64,000 nt of DNA from an uncultured virus (IMG/VR IMGVR_UViG_3300027779_000002) (IMGVR_UViG_3300027779_000002); one strand, 5' to 3'. Counted from the stretch's first letter, positions 19,904 to 31,201 are shown. Notes: generated by a model from the sequence alone, not told the origin. Numbers and translations: made by a program.

Positions 19904-21793
19904 TTAATTAAACTGACTACCATTGACACGGCTGTTCTCATATCCTCCTGCTGACTCCTCAGGGTTACCTTTTCCACCATTCCAAGCATCATCTAGATTA
20001 AATTTAACTTTATCTATATTTAAAGCAGCGACAAATTCCTCTTTAGTAACACCTGACATTTCAGGAGTATATCTTTTCCCATTTTGTCGAGCTTGTTGTA
20101 TGTCACTAATTATTTTTGAAACAGGTTTTCCTCCTTGACTGTTTTTAATTACAATAGGTCCTGTAGTAGTACCATCTATCTCTATATATAGATATCCATC
20201 ACTACCTTGCTCAACTTGAGCATTTTCTATCTTTGATTCTAAGAATTCTTGTGAAATAATAGATACTTTATCGCCCAAAGGTGTATCCTTATCATATGCT
20301 TTATTAAAACTATCTAGTGCAGATACAACCGTAGTGCCATCTTCATTTAAGCCTTCTCTAGTAAGAAGATTCTCAACCTCTGTAGCTGCTTCGGTATAAG
20401 CTCCCGAGAAGCTTGTGGTTTTAGGTAGATTAGTATAGTTTCCATCATTTCTTTGACTCCAAGAATCATATGCTTTTGTACCTCTTAATTGAGCTAAATC
20501 ATATGTACCAATTTGTTTGCTCATTTGAGTTAAGAAATTTTCAGGTCCAAAGTTTCTGTCTAATGTTCTTGTAACCTTTCCACCATTTTCTGTGTTAACA
20601 TCATATGAAAACTTACTACCATCATCACTAACTTCTAAATTTGTAATTTTACTCTCTTTCCCTTCAAAATAAACTAATGCAGATTTTAGCTCTTGTACAT
20701 CCCCATTATATATATCACCTATTAACTTAGCTGTAGTTTCTATATTATCTTTTTCGTCACCTATTTCTCCATATCCTTTTAACTCACTCGGTGAATAAGG
20801 AGTTTCCTTTTTAGACATTCCTCCTCTAGTCATTTCTGTTAACTTAGTAACTGACTCGTCAACAAGTTTTTTACCTTGCTTACTGTCAGCATCAAAGGTC
20901 CAACGTCCATTAATTTGAACTAAAGGAATTTGATTAGCATTAGCTTTACTATCTCCTTTTAAAAACGCATATTCATAACCTTGTAAATACTGACCTGCAA
21001 ATCCTGACGCAAAATCAGGGTTAGTTAAATCAGCTCTAATTTCAGCTTCAATTAATTTTCTAAAGTTTTCGTTTTGCCATGCGTCATCTACAGTTTTAAA
21101 CTGACCTCCTGCTTCCACCCAAGTTTTTCCTGCTAACCCTACATAACCTTGTACATTTTTAGTAAAATCTTGTTGTTTTAATATTTGACCCATGTTTGCT
21201 CTTGCACCTTTTATACTGTATATATCATTAGGGTCGGTAGAAAAAGTTTCATTAATTACACCTGTCTCCTCATCTTTTATTTTAATTCTTTTAGCTAAAT
21301 ATGGACTTCCAAATTCATCTAACTGAATACCAAAATTGTTTAGGTTTTCAAATTGTTCATTGTATGCTCTTACAGCAACTGATTGTGGATTTATTGTTCC
21401 GGCTTGAACTAATGCTTGAAACTCAGTATCTATTTTTATTTTAGATTTATTCATTTCGCTAATATTAGCGACACCTTGTTTAAGGTTATTTCTTTGAATA
21501 GTGTAGTCTTTAAGGCTTAAAGAACCGTTTTTTAGATTCTTATCTTGACGTAATCTAGTTTCTGAAGTTAAATTAGCAACACTTAACATTTCAGACGCAA
21601 GGTCTGCATTATCAGAATCAATGTTTTCATATATTTGTGTGTCTAACGCATTAGAATCTGCATCTATATCAGCTTTAATAGTTTCTCTTCTATCAATTTC
21701 AGCTTGTATAGTATCACTAGCGTTTTTACCAACCTCTTGCCAATTTACTCTAGCGTCTTGGTCTTTTCTTATATATCCAAAATTAGTTGCCAT
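19904..21793 (-). CDS. putative internal virion/ejection protein
   Basis: 629-aa helical protein between tail genes and the giant protein. Confidence 0.55.
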   Translation of the reverse strand: MATNFGYIRKDQDARVNWQEVGKNASDTIQAEIDRRETIKADIDADSNALDTQIYENIDSDNADLASEMLSVANLTSETRLRQDKNLKNGSLSLKDYTIQRNNLKQGVANISEMNKSKIKIDTEFQALVQAGTINPQSVAVRAYNEQFENLNNFGIQLDEFGSPYLAKRIKIKDEETGVINETFSTDPNDIYSIKGARANMGQILKQQDFTKNVQGYVGLAGKTWVEAGGQFKTVDDAWQNENFRKLIEAEIRADLTNPDFASGFAGQYLQGYEYAFLKGDSKANANQIPLVQINGRWTFDADSKQGKKLVDESVTKLTEMTRGGMSKKETPYSPSELKGYGEIGDEKDNIETTAKLIGDIYNGDVQELKSALVYFEGKESKITNLEVSDDGSKFSYDVNTENGGKVTRTLDRNFGPENFLTQMSKQIGTYDLAQLRGTKAYDSWSQRNDGNYTNLPKTTSFSGAYTEAATEVENLLTREGLNEDGTTVVSALDSFNKAYDKDTPLGDKVSIISQEFLESKIENAQVEQGSDGYLYIEIDGTTTGPIVIKNSQGGKPVSKIISDIQQARQNGKRYTPEMSGVTKEEFVAALNIDKVKFNLDDAWNGGKGNPEESAGGYENSRVNGSQFN

Positions 21794-21794
21794 A

Positions 21795-22730
21795 TTATCC
21801 TTTCTTTAGTTTTGCTAATGCAGCTTCTAACTCTGCTATTTTGTCAGAATTTGTCATTACACCACTATTTAACCCTGCATCTTTAAAAGTTTGGCTATAT
21901 TGTTTACTTGTAGTTGGTGTAAAAGGATTAGCATTACCTGTTTGATTATCCATTAAATATTTTAAATTTCCACCTGATAAATTATTTCTTACATAATCAT
22001 CTAAAGCATTAGACTTTAACTTACCTATGTCCTTTAAATTTTCAAATGGTATAGAACCAAACCCTTTACCATCTAAAGATTTTATAAAATCATCGTCACC
22101 AAACTTAGCTTGTATTCCTTCAAGACCTGTTTTACCTCCAAACTCAAAACCTTCTATTCCTTTTGTTTGAGCATTTTTACCAAAAACAGGAGCAAGTGTA
22201 GAAACTGCAGCCATTGCTGTTTGAGGAAGTTGAGTCAGAAAATCTGATTTATATTTTTGTGCTAATTCTCCTGCATCAGCTGCGGCTTTTTGTGCACCTT
22301 GAACTTCGCCTAAATCTAATTGTATGCCTATATCACTTTTTCTTGTAGCTTCTTCAGCTTGAACTAAATCTAAATCTTGTAATTCGTTTACTTCTTTTTC
22401 AGTTATAGATGTATTGGCTTTGTTGACTGCATCAACAATAGATTGAGCACCCATATTTGGTCTGTCTGATTGTTGTGCATTTTCTATAAGTGCTGCACCA
22501 ACCTTAGAAAGCTCTTCTCTTTGATTGTCATAAACTAAACTGTTAATACTTAACTCGTCATATTCGTTTACTTCAAGCTTATCTCTTGCATCTTTCATAA
22601 ATCTGTTTGCATCTTCTTCAGCACCTGCTTGAATTCTTCGTTGTTTTGCTGCTTGTGCACCTGATGCCACAGTAGTTCCTATAGACATTGCTAATGCACT
22701 TGCTGCTAAAATTGTGGTTGCTAACGCCAT
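21795..22730 (-). CDS. putative ejection/pilot protein
   Basis: Ala-rich hydrophobic N-terminus followed by Q/E/A-rich coiled coil, as in podovirus ejection proteins. Confidence 0.55.
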   Translation of the reverse strand: MALATTILAASALAMSIGTTVASGAQAAKQRRIQAGAEEDANRFMKDARDKLEVNEYDELSINSLVYDNQREELSKVGAALIENAQQSDRPNMGAQSIVDAVNKANTSITEKEVNELQDLDLVQAEEATRKSDIGIQLDLGEVQGAQKAAADAGELAQKYKSDFLTQLPQTAMAAVSTLAPVFGKNAQTKGIEGFEFGGKTGLEGIQAKFGDDDFIKSLDGKGFGSIPFENLKDIGKLKSNALDDYVRNNLSGGNLKYLMDNQTGNANPFTPTTSKQYSQTFKDAGLNSGVMTNSDKIAELEAALAKLKKG

Positions 22731-22731
22731 A

Positions 22732-23142
22732 TTATAATTTTTTTATCATCTCGTTTATATTTTGTTCTTCTCCTAAATAACCATTATTTTTGTATGTGTT
22801 TATTAAAGAAGGACTTTTAAGTATTGTATACGCATATGTACTACCTGTTTTTTTAGCTACATCAGTTAATGTTTGTACCAATAAATTTAAAGCATCTTTT
22901 CTATGAAGCTTTTCTTTAAAATTTTTATTAGATACAATCCATTCTATCCATGCTACTTTACTATTAGTTTGAATAATAAAACCCGCACAAACAGGTATAT
23001 CATTCCACTCTACCATAATACCACCCAAGCCATTAAGAGGTAAAAAATCTTTTACAGGAGGAATCCATTTCCAATCTTTCCACCATCCGACTAATATATC
23101 TTCATAGTCGTTTTCCTTAAGTACCCTTATATTAAATTTCAT
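22732..23142 (-). CDS. GNAT-like protein preceding ejection genes
   Basis: PVCAGF...AWIEWIVSN...YKNNGY; position equivalent to T7 gp13-like genes. Confidence 0.55.
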   Translation of the reverse strand: MKFNIRVLKENDYEDILVGWWKDWKWIPPVKDFLPLNGLGGIMVEWNDIPVCAGFIIQTNSKVAWIEWIVSNKNFKEKLHRKDALNLLVQTLTDVAKKTGSTYAYTILKSPSLINTYKNNGYLGEEQNINEMIKKL

Positions 23143-23148
23143 TTAACA

Positions 23149-23156
23149 CAAAGATA
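23149..23156 (-). promoter_or_regulatory. -7 element TATCTTTG
   Basis: exact TAnnTTTG match 6 nt before the ATG. Confidence 0.6.
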
Positions 23157-23162
23157 CTAATT

Positions 23163-23993
23163 TTAAGGATAACTTTTCATAACATCTGACTCTACAGCAA
23201 ATAACTCTGTAGCTGTAATATCACTATTAGTTAATTTAAATTTACCATAGTGTCCTAATATACCATATGATTCTGCAATTTGGTCTTTTACAGCTGCAAA
23301 ATATAATGTTCCCGCAGGTATAACAACCGCACCGGCAGCGTCAATTGTAATACTTACAACACCATTAATAGGTGAGTAAGCTATAGATTGTATTTTTCCT
23401 GCATATGTTAATTCGTTATTTCCCGTTAAATCACTCCAATAAATAAAATCATTTATATTTATTTGTGGATTTATATAAGACGCTAAACTAGAATTTATAC
23501 CAATACTAAACTGTATAATAGGATTAGCTATAGTACCACCTCTAGCTGTACTGTTCATTATACCCATAATAGAACGTAAAGGATATTGTTGGCTGTCAAT
23601 AGGTGTTCCTATTCCTGCAACAGAACCTTCAGTTCTTAAATACGCAAACCACGCACCTTCTTTTTTAACAAACGATGTGCTATTTATATATCCTGTAAAT
23701 TGGATATCACTTGTAAAATCTACAGACCATGAAGCGTCAGACTCTAAATTAATAGTTTTAAATAATTTATTCTCTAAAGGTGATTCATTAAATACACTTG
23801 TAATAGTAGAACTATAATCTACACCATAATAACTGTTTCTTCTATCGTTACTGTTATGACGGTAAAGATTACCCTTGTCAAATGAATAGAAGTAATTATT
23901 CATGCCTATCATATAGTTAGGATGATAGGAGTAAAAAGAAGGAAACCCTTTTACGCCATCGCTATAACTTACTGTTTGATTTGTACAACTCAT
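23163..23993 (-). CDS. tail protein resembling the C-terminal part of muzzle/stabilisation proteins
   Basis: KGFPSFYSY.P...N.YYG...KLFKTINLES. Confidence 0.55.
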   Translation of the reverse strand: MSCTNQTVSYSDGVKGFPSFYSYHPNYMIGMNNYFYSFDKGNLYRHNSNDRRNSYYGVDYSSTITSVFNESPLENKLFKTINLESDASWSVDFTSDIQFTGYINSTSFVKKEGAWFAYLRTEGSVAGIGTPIDSQQYPLRSIMGIMNSTARGGTIANPIIQFSIGINSSLASYINPQININDFIYWSDLTGNNELTYAGKIQSIAYSPINGVVSITIDAAGAVVIPAGTLYFAAVKDQIAESYGILGHYGKFKLTNSDITATELFAVESDVMKSYP

Positions 23994-24003
23994 ATTTTAA
24001 ATT

Positions 24004-24960
24004 TTAAGGAGGACAACTGCCTACATCGATTACTACTCCATTACTATCTACTTGCATATATCCTTGACTTGTTTTATAATATCCTACACCAACTGCAGTA
24101 GTTCCAAATGTATTTGTAAATGCATAAGAATATTTAACAGGTATTATATCTGTAGATATATTTCCTGATGTAGCGTTAGCAATAAAAACACTATCAGTTG
24201 TTCCTGTAGCATTACATGCATCAGCAGGATTAGGATAAGATGTAGCATTATAAGGTGTTGCAATTAATAATGCAGAACATACAGGAGAAAATAAAACATT
24301 TGTATTAACTCCTGAACTTGAAAAAGGAGGAATAAAAACTGTAATTTGTACTGTTGTATTTACAGCTGTAGTTTTTGAAAATACTGCTAGATTATATAGG
24401 TCTTGTGTTGTTGTAAAATTTGTTGTGCTATTAACTGTATAACCTACATTAGTAGAAGACTGTACCCAAGATGTTCCATTCCATGTAAACGATGGTTGAT
24501 TAGTATACACAGTTCCTGCTGCTACAGTAGTATCTCCCATCCATATTGCATCACTATTTCCCGGTGATTCATATCCTTCACCTGTAATCCAATTGTTAAC
24601 TACAGCAGAGTCATGTACTATTTGAATACCATAACAATCACTAGCATTTCGACCAAGAAACATTCTATTAATTCCTGCCGCAGAACCTGTATCAATTGTT
24701 AAATTGTAAACACCCGCACCTTCAGTATTACTTCCCATAAAATAAGAATAAGCAGATAAAAAAGGTGATGAAGAACATGCTTGATTACAAGATGGACATA
24801 CCCCAACAGAACCTAAAACACCACTTGTTTGTTTTCGCCATCTATTACTATAAGAATACCATCCATCAGGAGCTAATACAGTCAAAGCATTGTCTGTATA
24901 AACAGCTGTGGCTGTTTGAAAATCGTTTGTATCTAAATAATAATTTACTGTTATTCCCAT
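24004..24960 (-). CDS. tail-associated beta-rich protein
   Basis: T/S/G/N-rich, Cys pairs, APDGWYS motif, in tail module. Confidence 0.5.
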   Translation of the reverse strand: MGITVNYYLDTNDFQTATAVYTDNALTVLAPDGWYSYSNRWRKQTSGVLGSVGVCPSCNQACSSSPFLSAYSYFMGSNTEGAGVYNLTIDTGSAAGINRMFLGRNASDCYGIQIVHDSAVVNNWITGEGYESPGNSDAIWMGDTTVAAGTVYTNQPSFTWNGTSWVQSSTNVGYTVNSTTNFTTTQDLYNLAVFSKTTAVNTTVQITVFIPPFSSSGVNTNVLFSPVCSALLIATPYNATSYPNPADACNATGTTDSVFIANATSGNISTDIIPVKYSYAFTNTFGTTAVGVGYYKTSQGYMQVDSNGVVIDVGSCPP

Positions 24961-24971
24961 TTTATTTTAAT

Positions 24972-27900
24972 TTATACACATCCACAACAAGCGTCTTGTT
25001 CCCCTGTAGGTGAAAAACACATTTGTAATTGAAAAGTTGACCTTAAATCATATACCAAATATAAAAAATCTAAGTCATTATTTGGCATTGTAAATTCACC
25101 AAAATATTTTGACGGTGCTAATGTAGTATTTGTAGTTAGCCAATTTGACGCACTATCAATAGATGTTAATAGACTTGTAATATCTGATGAATTGTTATTG
25201 TAATTTGTTGCACTTCTCAAATATCCAAATCTATCTGATGTAGTGTCAAACAAATAATCATCTGAAGGTTTGAAAAGTGTACCTAACTGTACTGTAGAAC
25301 TGTCTGTTGGTATTGTGTTAAGTCCTTGACCTCCTGTAACTTCTACAAAACTAGAAACTATTGGATTTACACCATTTCCAAACTGAACAAATTGACTTGT
25401 TAGTAATGTCGAAAAAGCTGCATCACTATATCCATAATATGTGTGTATTAAAGCACCTGAACTTGTGTCACTTGTTATAACAATAGTTTTTACTGTGATT
25501 TGGTCAGCCTGTGGACAGCTAACAGACATTCCTAAGTTTTGTGCATTACCTCCTACAACAACTACATTTACTGTAGCTGTATTAATAAGCAAATTATTTT
25601 TATCAAAAGTTACTGTACCTCCACTTGTTATATCACCTGTATTAACAACCTCAGCTCCATTGTAATCTACTGTAATTTTAAAAGTAGTATTATTATCAAG
25701 AACGGGTGTTGTATACACTATTGAAACTTGACCTATTTGCTGTCCAAGTCTTACTATAAATGTTTGTGGAGTTGATGGAGATAGAATTCCATAGTTAAAA
25801 GATATTCCACAATTTTCTTCTTGTACAGAAGCAGGTAATAAAATACAATTATTTGACAATACATACTCATTCATGTAAGGGTCATATCCGCCAAGTTTTT
25901 GTGTGTCAAAAGAATTAATAAATAAATCTCTAAAAAATCCACGCATCCCCATTTCGGATATTACAGACAGTTGTTCATTTTGCATACTTGTACCACGCAT
26001 TTGTAACACAGCACCTCTTTTAGCATCTGTAAAATATTTATCAGCTCCATAGCAAACAAAACTTTCAGGATTGTTACTAATCCCATATACTTCTTTTCTA
26101 GCTATTTGCGTTCCTAAAACTTCAGGAACTGATGCTATAGCACCTCCTCCTGTAGAATCTGATAATAAATTTTTACCTGCTAATACATATGAGATTTTAT
26201 CTTCTTGTAAAACTAAAACATCTGTTTCTCTTCCATATAATTTTGCTACAGGACCAAAAGAATCTTCTAATATTTTATAATTTGCTAAACTAAAATTAAA
26301 TTCATTTAGTTTATTAATATTTGAAAAATCACTATATCTACCGCTATAAGTTAAGTCGGCAAATCTATGTGCTTCTTGGTATTCTTGATTAGCTGTTGTT
26401 GTAACTCTATTACCAACTTGTAATTCTTGCCCTCCAATAGAATCTAATATTTTAAAACTTTCTACTCCGTTACCAAATGCATAACAATTAAATAATGTTG
26501 TTTGTATTTTACCTGAAGTTGCTGAGGTTTGTGTTCTGTTTCCTGCAAGAATTTGTGCATTTGTTCCACCACCATGCAAACCTGTAGTTGAAATAATAGG
26601 ATAACTTTGGTCTCCTTCATAAAACACATCAGGCAAACTTTCTTGTGGTTCGCTTTCAAAAACTATAGTATCCTCACTTCTAAATACAGTTACTTCAATT
26701 TTAGAACACGAACGTCTTCTACTTTGTTGTCCAATACCTGAACAACTTTCTGTACCTGTAGCACATAACCATAATCCATTGTCTGTAACGCTTCTTACAA
26801 ATCTAAAAAAGTTTGTTGTTATACTATTATTATAACTCATGCCCGCTTCAATTTCTGTTGGTCTACCATTAAAAGCGGAGTTAAGATTACCTAATAAAGT
26901 GTTTGTTGGAGGGTTTCCTGCTGATGTGCTTCCCCCTGTCCATGTACCATCATCAAGTCTTAATTCAATATTGTCACCAATAAACCATTCTTGAAAATTA
27001 TTATAGTTTGCTGAAGAAACTAAATCTAAATCTAATTCATAAATTCTTCTTTCACATTTCTTGTTACCGTCACCTGTTCCTAAACGTCTAAATCTAAAAT
27101 ATAGTTTTATACGACTACCTTCAGGAATAGTATAATCACTATATAAATAACCGGAAGGTTGAGATGATGAACTATCCAATCGATTGATTAAACATGCAGC
27201 CATAGGAGAGTCTCCTGAAATATCTGTACACTGTTCAGCTTGTTTAAATTCAACAGCTCCTTCATCTAACACTACATTAAAATCATTAGGAACTATACGC
27301 ATATAAGTTGCTGCCGGAGCATCTACTTGAGTAGAAGAAAAAGAAGAATCAAACTTTATAAATCCTGCAGGCTGAGATACTTTTTCTAAAACTGTAGCAA
27401 CAGCACAATTATTAATCGCACCTGACGTATCAGATTTAACTTGAAGTCTTTGTCCTTCTGATATTTTTTCTACATTTTCTCCTTCTAATAAAAACCAATA
27501 TCCTGAAGCATTAGGGTCATTTATAAACAAATTACTATATATGGTTTCGTATCTAGTTTCAGATGGTTTTATAACAAACTTATATCTTTTTGCCCAAAAA
27601 GGAGGGAGCATATTTGTTGGTATTTCTATATCAATATTATTTTTAAAATCTGAAACTGAACATGGCACATGAACTGATGAATTAGGAGCTAGTAAAGCTG
27701 TAGATGAACGATTAAAATCATCCATGTATACTATACCAACTGCATAATCTCTATTACTATGTAAACTTTCTGTATTGCTTATTTTTTGAAATGTTGCTTC
27801 GCTAGTTTGAATACTAAAATATTCTGTTATTGTTACGGTTGGTGCTGCTGTATTATCCACCCATTGCATAGCAGGAATTTGTACAATAATACTATTTCCT

Positions 27901-29480
27901 GAAACAGTAGCTGTCATTGCGCCAACTGCAGGATAAGTAACTGAACCTATTCCTGAAGTATAAGCTGTTAATGAACTTAAAGTGTTAGGCATTAAACAGT
28001 TATATTCATCTGTCCAAGTTGTTCCTAAACTACATGATGTTGCTATTGGCTGACCCGGACCTACTGCTGATTGAAATTCTGTTGAATTTACTAATGAAGT
28101 AAGCGTATTGTAATTTGTTGGTAATGTAAATGAAAATGATAAGTCTAATTGTGCTACTGTTTCACTTGGAACAGGAGTTCCTGTAAATGAAGCATGTACA
28201 AGTCTTATATCAAACGTTATTTGAGCTCCAACAACTAAATCAAAATCAGTTAAATCTAAACTAACAATTGAATCGGTTATTGTTTGTGTTCCTGCTGTGG
28301 TGTCAATTGTATACGTTCCGTTTGATAATGTAGTAGTTACATCACTTAATCCAATTGCTTTGCTTACAAGTGTTGTTGTGTAGTCTAAATTAATAGGTTC
28401 TCCATTAGATGAAGTTAAATTATATCCCTCAATATAATTACCATAAATTAATCTGTTGCCCATTAAAGTTTGTGTTTTTGCTTTTAAAGGTACAGCATCA
28501 TATAATCTTCCAAGTTGGTCAGAATTTAAAATTGTAAAAATTTGATTGCTATCAAACTCAAACGTTACATCTTGATTATCTACAAAACCATTTTCTTCTT
28601 TACTAAATTTATCTATTATGTTTATAGTATTTTTATTTGACTCTTTAAATAAAACTTCAATAGATTTTACTAAAGAACTACCGGTATTGTAAGTTACAGA
28701 AACGCCATTTCTAGCATTTTCCATACCATTATTTAATTTATCATCAATACCTATAGAAAAGGTTTTAGGTAAAAACGCAGGTTTTGACCATTGTGATGTA
28801 GCTGAATAATCATCATCCTGATATTCATATCGATATGCAAAACAAACAAGTTTGTTTTCTAAATAATTATTTTCTTGAGGTGAAGTAAACAAAGAAAATT
28901 CAGGACTTGCTGCAGGTGGTTTTTTTATAACTAATAAAGACTCTGCTGTAATTACATCTATGTTACTAAAAGGTTCTTGATAATTTCTTTTAACATTAAT
29001 AAAACGAGGTTGATTTAGATTGTCTGTAAAAAACAATAAATCTTCAACTTTATTTATAGAATGAATTAAAAATTTAGAATCAAAATTTAAAGTAGTATTT
29101 GTACCACTTGCTCCCTCTTTCATTGAAACAACATGATAAGTAGTTACATCGTTTTGTTCATCAAACGAAACTATCATATCAAGTTTACCTGTCGTTCCTA
29201 CAGTAAAAGAAGGGTCATGTACAAAAAAATAAATAGTTTCATTAGAACCATCCTCATAAGCACCTATACACCTAGCATTTGCACTTAATTCAGTTCCACT
29301 AAAAGTAAGTGTTGTAATTTTTGTATTACCTTTAGAGTTTTCTACTGAACCAATTTCTGATGCTTCGGTAGAACCTAATCTAACATTTAAAGCATCTATA
29401 TATTGACCATTAGGAATTAAGCGTTCATCAACGCTTTTATTCATTTTACCTTGTATAAAATTCTTTTGTATATTTGCCAT
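24972..29480 (-). CDS. tail muzzle/stabilisation protein (P22 gp10 / crAss-like muzzle type)
   Basis: F..GKMNK..DER..P.GQYIDALNVR N-terminus; FAYRY.Y.D, GNRLIYGNY, YGIS.NPESF, YFTD.KRG.V. Confidence 0.7.
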   Translation of the reverse strand: MANIQKNFIQGKMNKSVDERLIPNGQYIDALNVRLGSTEASEIGSVENSKGNTKITTLTFSGTELSANARCIGAYEDGSNETIYFFVHDPSFTVGTTGKLDMIVSFDEQNDVTTYHVVSMKEGASGTNTTLNFDSKFLIHSINKVEDLLFFTDNLNQPRFINVKRNYQEPFSNIDVITAESLLVIKKPPAASPEFSLFTSPQENNYLENKLVCFAYRYEYQDDDYSATSQWSKPAFLPKTFSIGIDDKLNNGMENARNGVSVTYNTGSSLVKSIEVLFKESNKNTINIIDKFSKEENGFVDNQDVTFEFDSNQIFTILNSDQLGRLYDAVPLKAKTQTLMGNRLIYGNYIEGYNLTSSNGEPINLDYTTTLVSKAIGLSDVTTTLSNGTYTIDTTAGTQTITDSIVSLDLTDFDLVVGAQITFDIRLVHASFTGTPVPSETVAQLDLSFSFTLPTNYNTLTSLVNSTEFQSAVGPGQPIATSCSLGTTWTDEYNCLMPNTLSSLTAYTSGIGSVTYPAVGAMTATVSGNSIIVQIPAMQWVDNTAAPTVTITEYFSIQTSEATFQKISNTESLHSNRDYAVGIVYMDDFNRSSTALLAPNSSVHVPCSVSDFKNNIDIEIPTNMLPPFWAKRYKFVIKPSETRYETIYSNLFINDPNASGYWFLLEGENVEKISEGQRLQVKSDTSGAINNCAVATVLEKVSQPAGFIKFDSSFSSTQVDAPAATYMRIVPNDFNVVLDEGAVEFKQAEQCTDISGDSPMAACLINRLDSSSSQPSGYLYSDYTIPEGSRIKLYFRFRRLGTGDGNKKCERRIYELDLDLVSSANYNNFQEWFIGDNIELRLDDGTWTGGSTSAGNPPTNTLLGNLNSAFNGRPTEIEAGMSYNNSITTNFFRFVRSVTDNGLWLCATGTESCSGIGQQSRRRSCSKIEVTVFRSEDTIVFESEPQESLPDVFYEGDQSYPIISTTGLHGGGTNAQILAGNRTQTSATSGKIQTTLFNCYAFGNGVESFKILDSIGGQELQVGNRVTTTANQEYQEAHRFADLTYSGRYSDFSNINKLNEFNFSLANYKILEDSFGPVAKLYGRETDVLVLQEDKISYVLAGKNLLSDSTGGGAIASVPEVLGTQIARKEVYGISNNPESFVCYGADKYFTDAKRGAVLQMRGTSMQNEQLSVISEMGMRGFFRDLFINSFDTQKLGGYDPYMNEYVLSNNCILLPASVQEENCGISFNYGILSPSTPQTFIVRLGQQIGQVSIVYTTPVLDNNTTFKITVDYNGAEVVNTGDITSGGTVTFDKNNLLINTATVNVVVVGGNAQNLGMSVSCPQADQITVKTIVITSDTSSGALIHTYYGYSDAAFSTLLTSQFVQFGNGVNPIVSSFVEVTGGQGLNTIPTDSSTVQLGTLFKPSDDYLFDTTSDRFGYLRSATNYNNNSSDITSLLTSIDSASNWLTTNTTLAPSKYFGEFTMPNNDLDFLYLVYDLRSTFQLQMCFSPTGEQDACCGCV

Positions 29481-29481
29481 A

Positions 29482-30405
29482 TTATTTTATCCATTTATCT
29501 TGACCTCTCATATTTTGGATAAGGCGACCCGGATGAATATTACTTACTCTAATCTTGGCATTTCTTAATAGTGATGATTTTCTTTTTTGAGCTCTTTTAA
29601 TTACATACTCTTGAACACCAAGTTTACTATTTAATATAGCATATTCTATATATGCATACATATAATCTTCAAACATTTTATTTACAGTAATTTGTGAATC
29701 ATCACCATTTTCCATACCATCAGATATATATTCTAATATAGCTAATTTGTCATTCATAGCAGAACTAAAATTTATTACTCCTGCTTTTTTGTCTATACGA
29801 AATGTAGGATTAGCGTTAGCTGTTTCTGTGTTTAATCCCCATGACGTTCCTATAGCCATATCAAAAAACCATGCTCCATCAACTTCCCATCCCCAATATC
29901 CATTGTAAGGAGCGTTTTGATTTAAATATTGTGTTCTTTGGTGGTTTTGTAATCTTTCTTTTGTAAACTCTGAATTTTCAGGTTTTAAAATATTTCCATT
30001 TTGGTCAAACAATATATTACCTGAATTATCTTGTAAATAAGCACTAGCACTATTTATCTGTACGTTTTCAACTAATGGTCTTAATAAACCATTGTAAGAC
30101 AAAGAGATACGAACCCAATTAACATAATCAGATGGTAATACATAACGTAAGGTATCACTAATTTGAAGCTCTAATACTTTAACTTCTTTAAATGCATCGT
30201 AGTTTAATTCTTGTATTGCTCTTTTTGCATGAAACAATACTTTATATCTTTCTTCATTATTAACCAAAGAATGATTACCATTATACATTAATAAAAAATT
30301 AGTAATTATATCTTCTAAACTAATATATTGATATGACCCCCAATTTTCATCTTGTGGAGTAGTCTCATTATTTGTATAATATTGATATTGATTTATATAA
30401 GCCAT
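29482..30405 (-). CDS. tail ring/tubular protein
   Basis: LPSDYVNWVRIS...LEYISDG; position between adaptor and muzzle. Confidence 0.6.
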   Translation of the reverse strand: MAYINQYQYYTNNETTPQDENWGSYQYISLEDIITNFLLMYNGNHSLVNNEERYKVLFHAKRAIQELNYDAFKEVKVLELQISDTLRYVLPSDYVNWVRISLSYNGLLRPLVENVQINSASAYLQDNSGNILFDQNGNILKPENSEFTKERLQNHQRTQYLNQNAPYNGYWGWEVDGAWFFDMAIGTSWGLNTETANANPTFRIDKKAGVINFSSAMNDKLAILEYISDGMENGDDSQITVNKMFEDYMYAYIEYAILNSKLGVQEYVIKRAQKRKSSLLRNAKIRVSNIHPGRLIQNMRGQDKWIK

Positions 30406-31142
30406 TATTGTTCGTCTTGAGTTTCTTTTTGGTCTTGTCCTATAGCATATTGTACAACTTCAATTTCTCTTATTTCCATTCCTGCAAATTGTAAAATTTT
30501 ATTTACTAAATCTTGAAAGTAATCTAAAGGTAATTCAAAGTCTTGATAACTTGCTGTAATACTAAATTGCGGTTGTTGTGCTGCACCTAATGATACATAT
30601 GTCCAAATAGGTGTTTCAGGATATCTAATGTATTGTGCCTGAACTTGATTTGCCGCTACAATTGATGTAGGAAATACTGTTAATATACTTCCTTCTGTAG
30701 TGTAAGCAGGGTATGTTGTAGTAGGTGCAGTATATAAAGAATTGTTTAGTAATGTTATTTTACCCTGACTAACTCTTTCTGCTTCACCTGTATACGTTAC
30801 TCCATCAGCTTTAAAACATAATATTTTGTTTATAAAATAAAAATCAGAACCTGTTGTTATTACAGATGGCATTTGATAAGTGTTGTTAGCAGCTGTAGTT
30901 AAAGGCTTGGTAACTGAAAACATATCTATTACTTCTACTAATCCTTTTTTAATATCCGCATATCCTGTGCCTGACTGTCTTATATTTTCTTTGTTAAGTT
31001 GATAATTGAATTGATAAAAAATATCTTCAAATAAATCTAACTGAGCTTGTTGAGCATATAAATTAAAATCAGCAGGAGATAAATACCCGTAATTATTTTT
31101 ATTTAAAATAGCAAGAACAGCTTCATAAACTTGTTGTATCAT
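30405..31142 (-). CDS. head-tail adaptor/ring protein
   Basis: LNK...GYLSP.DFN..A..AQ and YIRYP..P motifs. Confidence 0.6.
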   Translation of the reverse strand: MIQQVYEAVLAILNKNNYGYLSPADFNLYAQQAQLDLFEDIFYQFNYQLNKENIRQSGTGYADIKKGLVEVIDMFSVTKPLTTAANNTYQMPSVITTGSDFYFINKILCFKADGVTYTGEAERVSQGKITLLNNSLYTAPTTTYPAYTTEGSILTVFPTSIVAANQVQAQYIRYPETPIWTYVSLGAAQQPQFSITASYQDFELPLDYFQDLVNKILQFAGMEIREIEVVQYAIGQDQKETQDEQ

Positions 31143-31157
31143 CTGTATTCTTTTCTA

Positions 31158-31165
31158 CAAAGATA
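31158..31165 (-). promoter_or_regulatory. -7 element TATCTTTG
   Basis: consensus match upstream of the adaptor gene. Confidence 0.6.
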
Positions 31166-31168
31166 AGC

Positions 31169-31201
31169 AAAAAAAAAAGAGGTTAATTTTTTTAACCCCT
31201 T
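31169..31201 (-). terminator. intrinsic terminator
   Basis: GGTTAA/TTAACC hairpin followed by long U tract on - strand. Confidence 0.65.
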
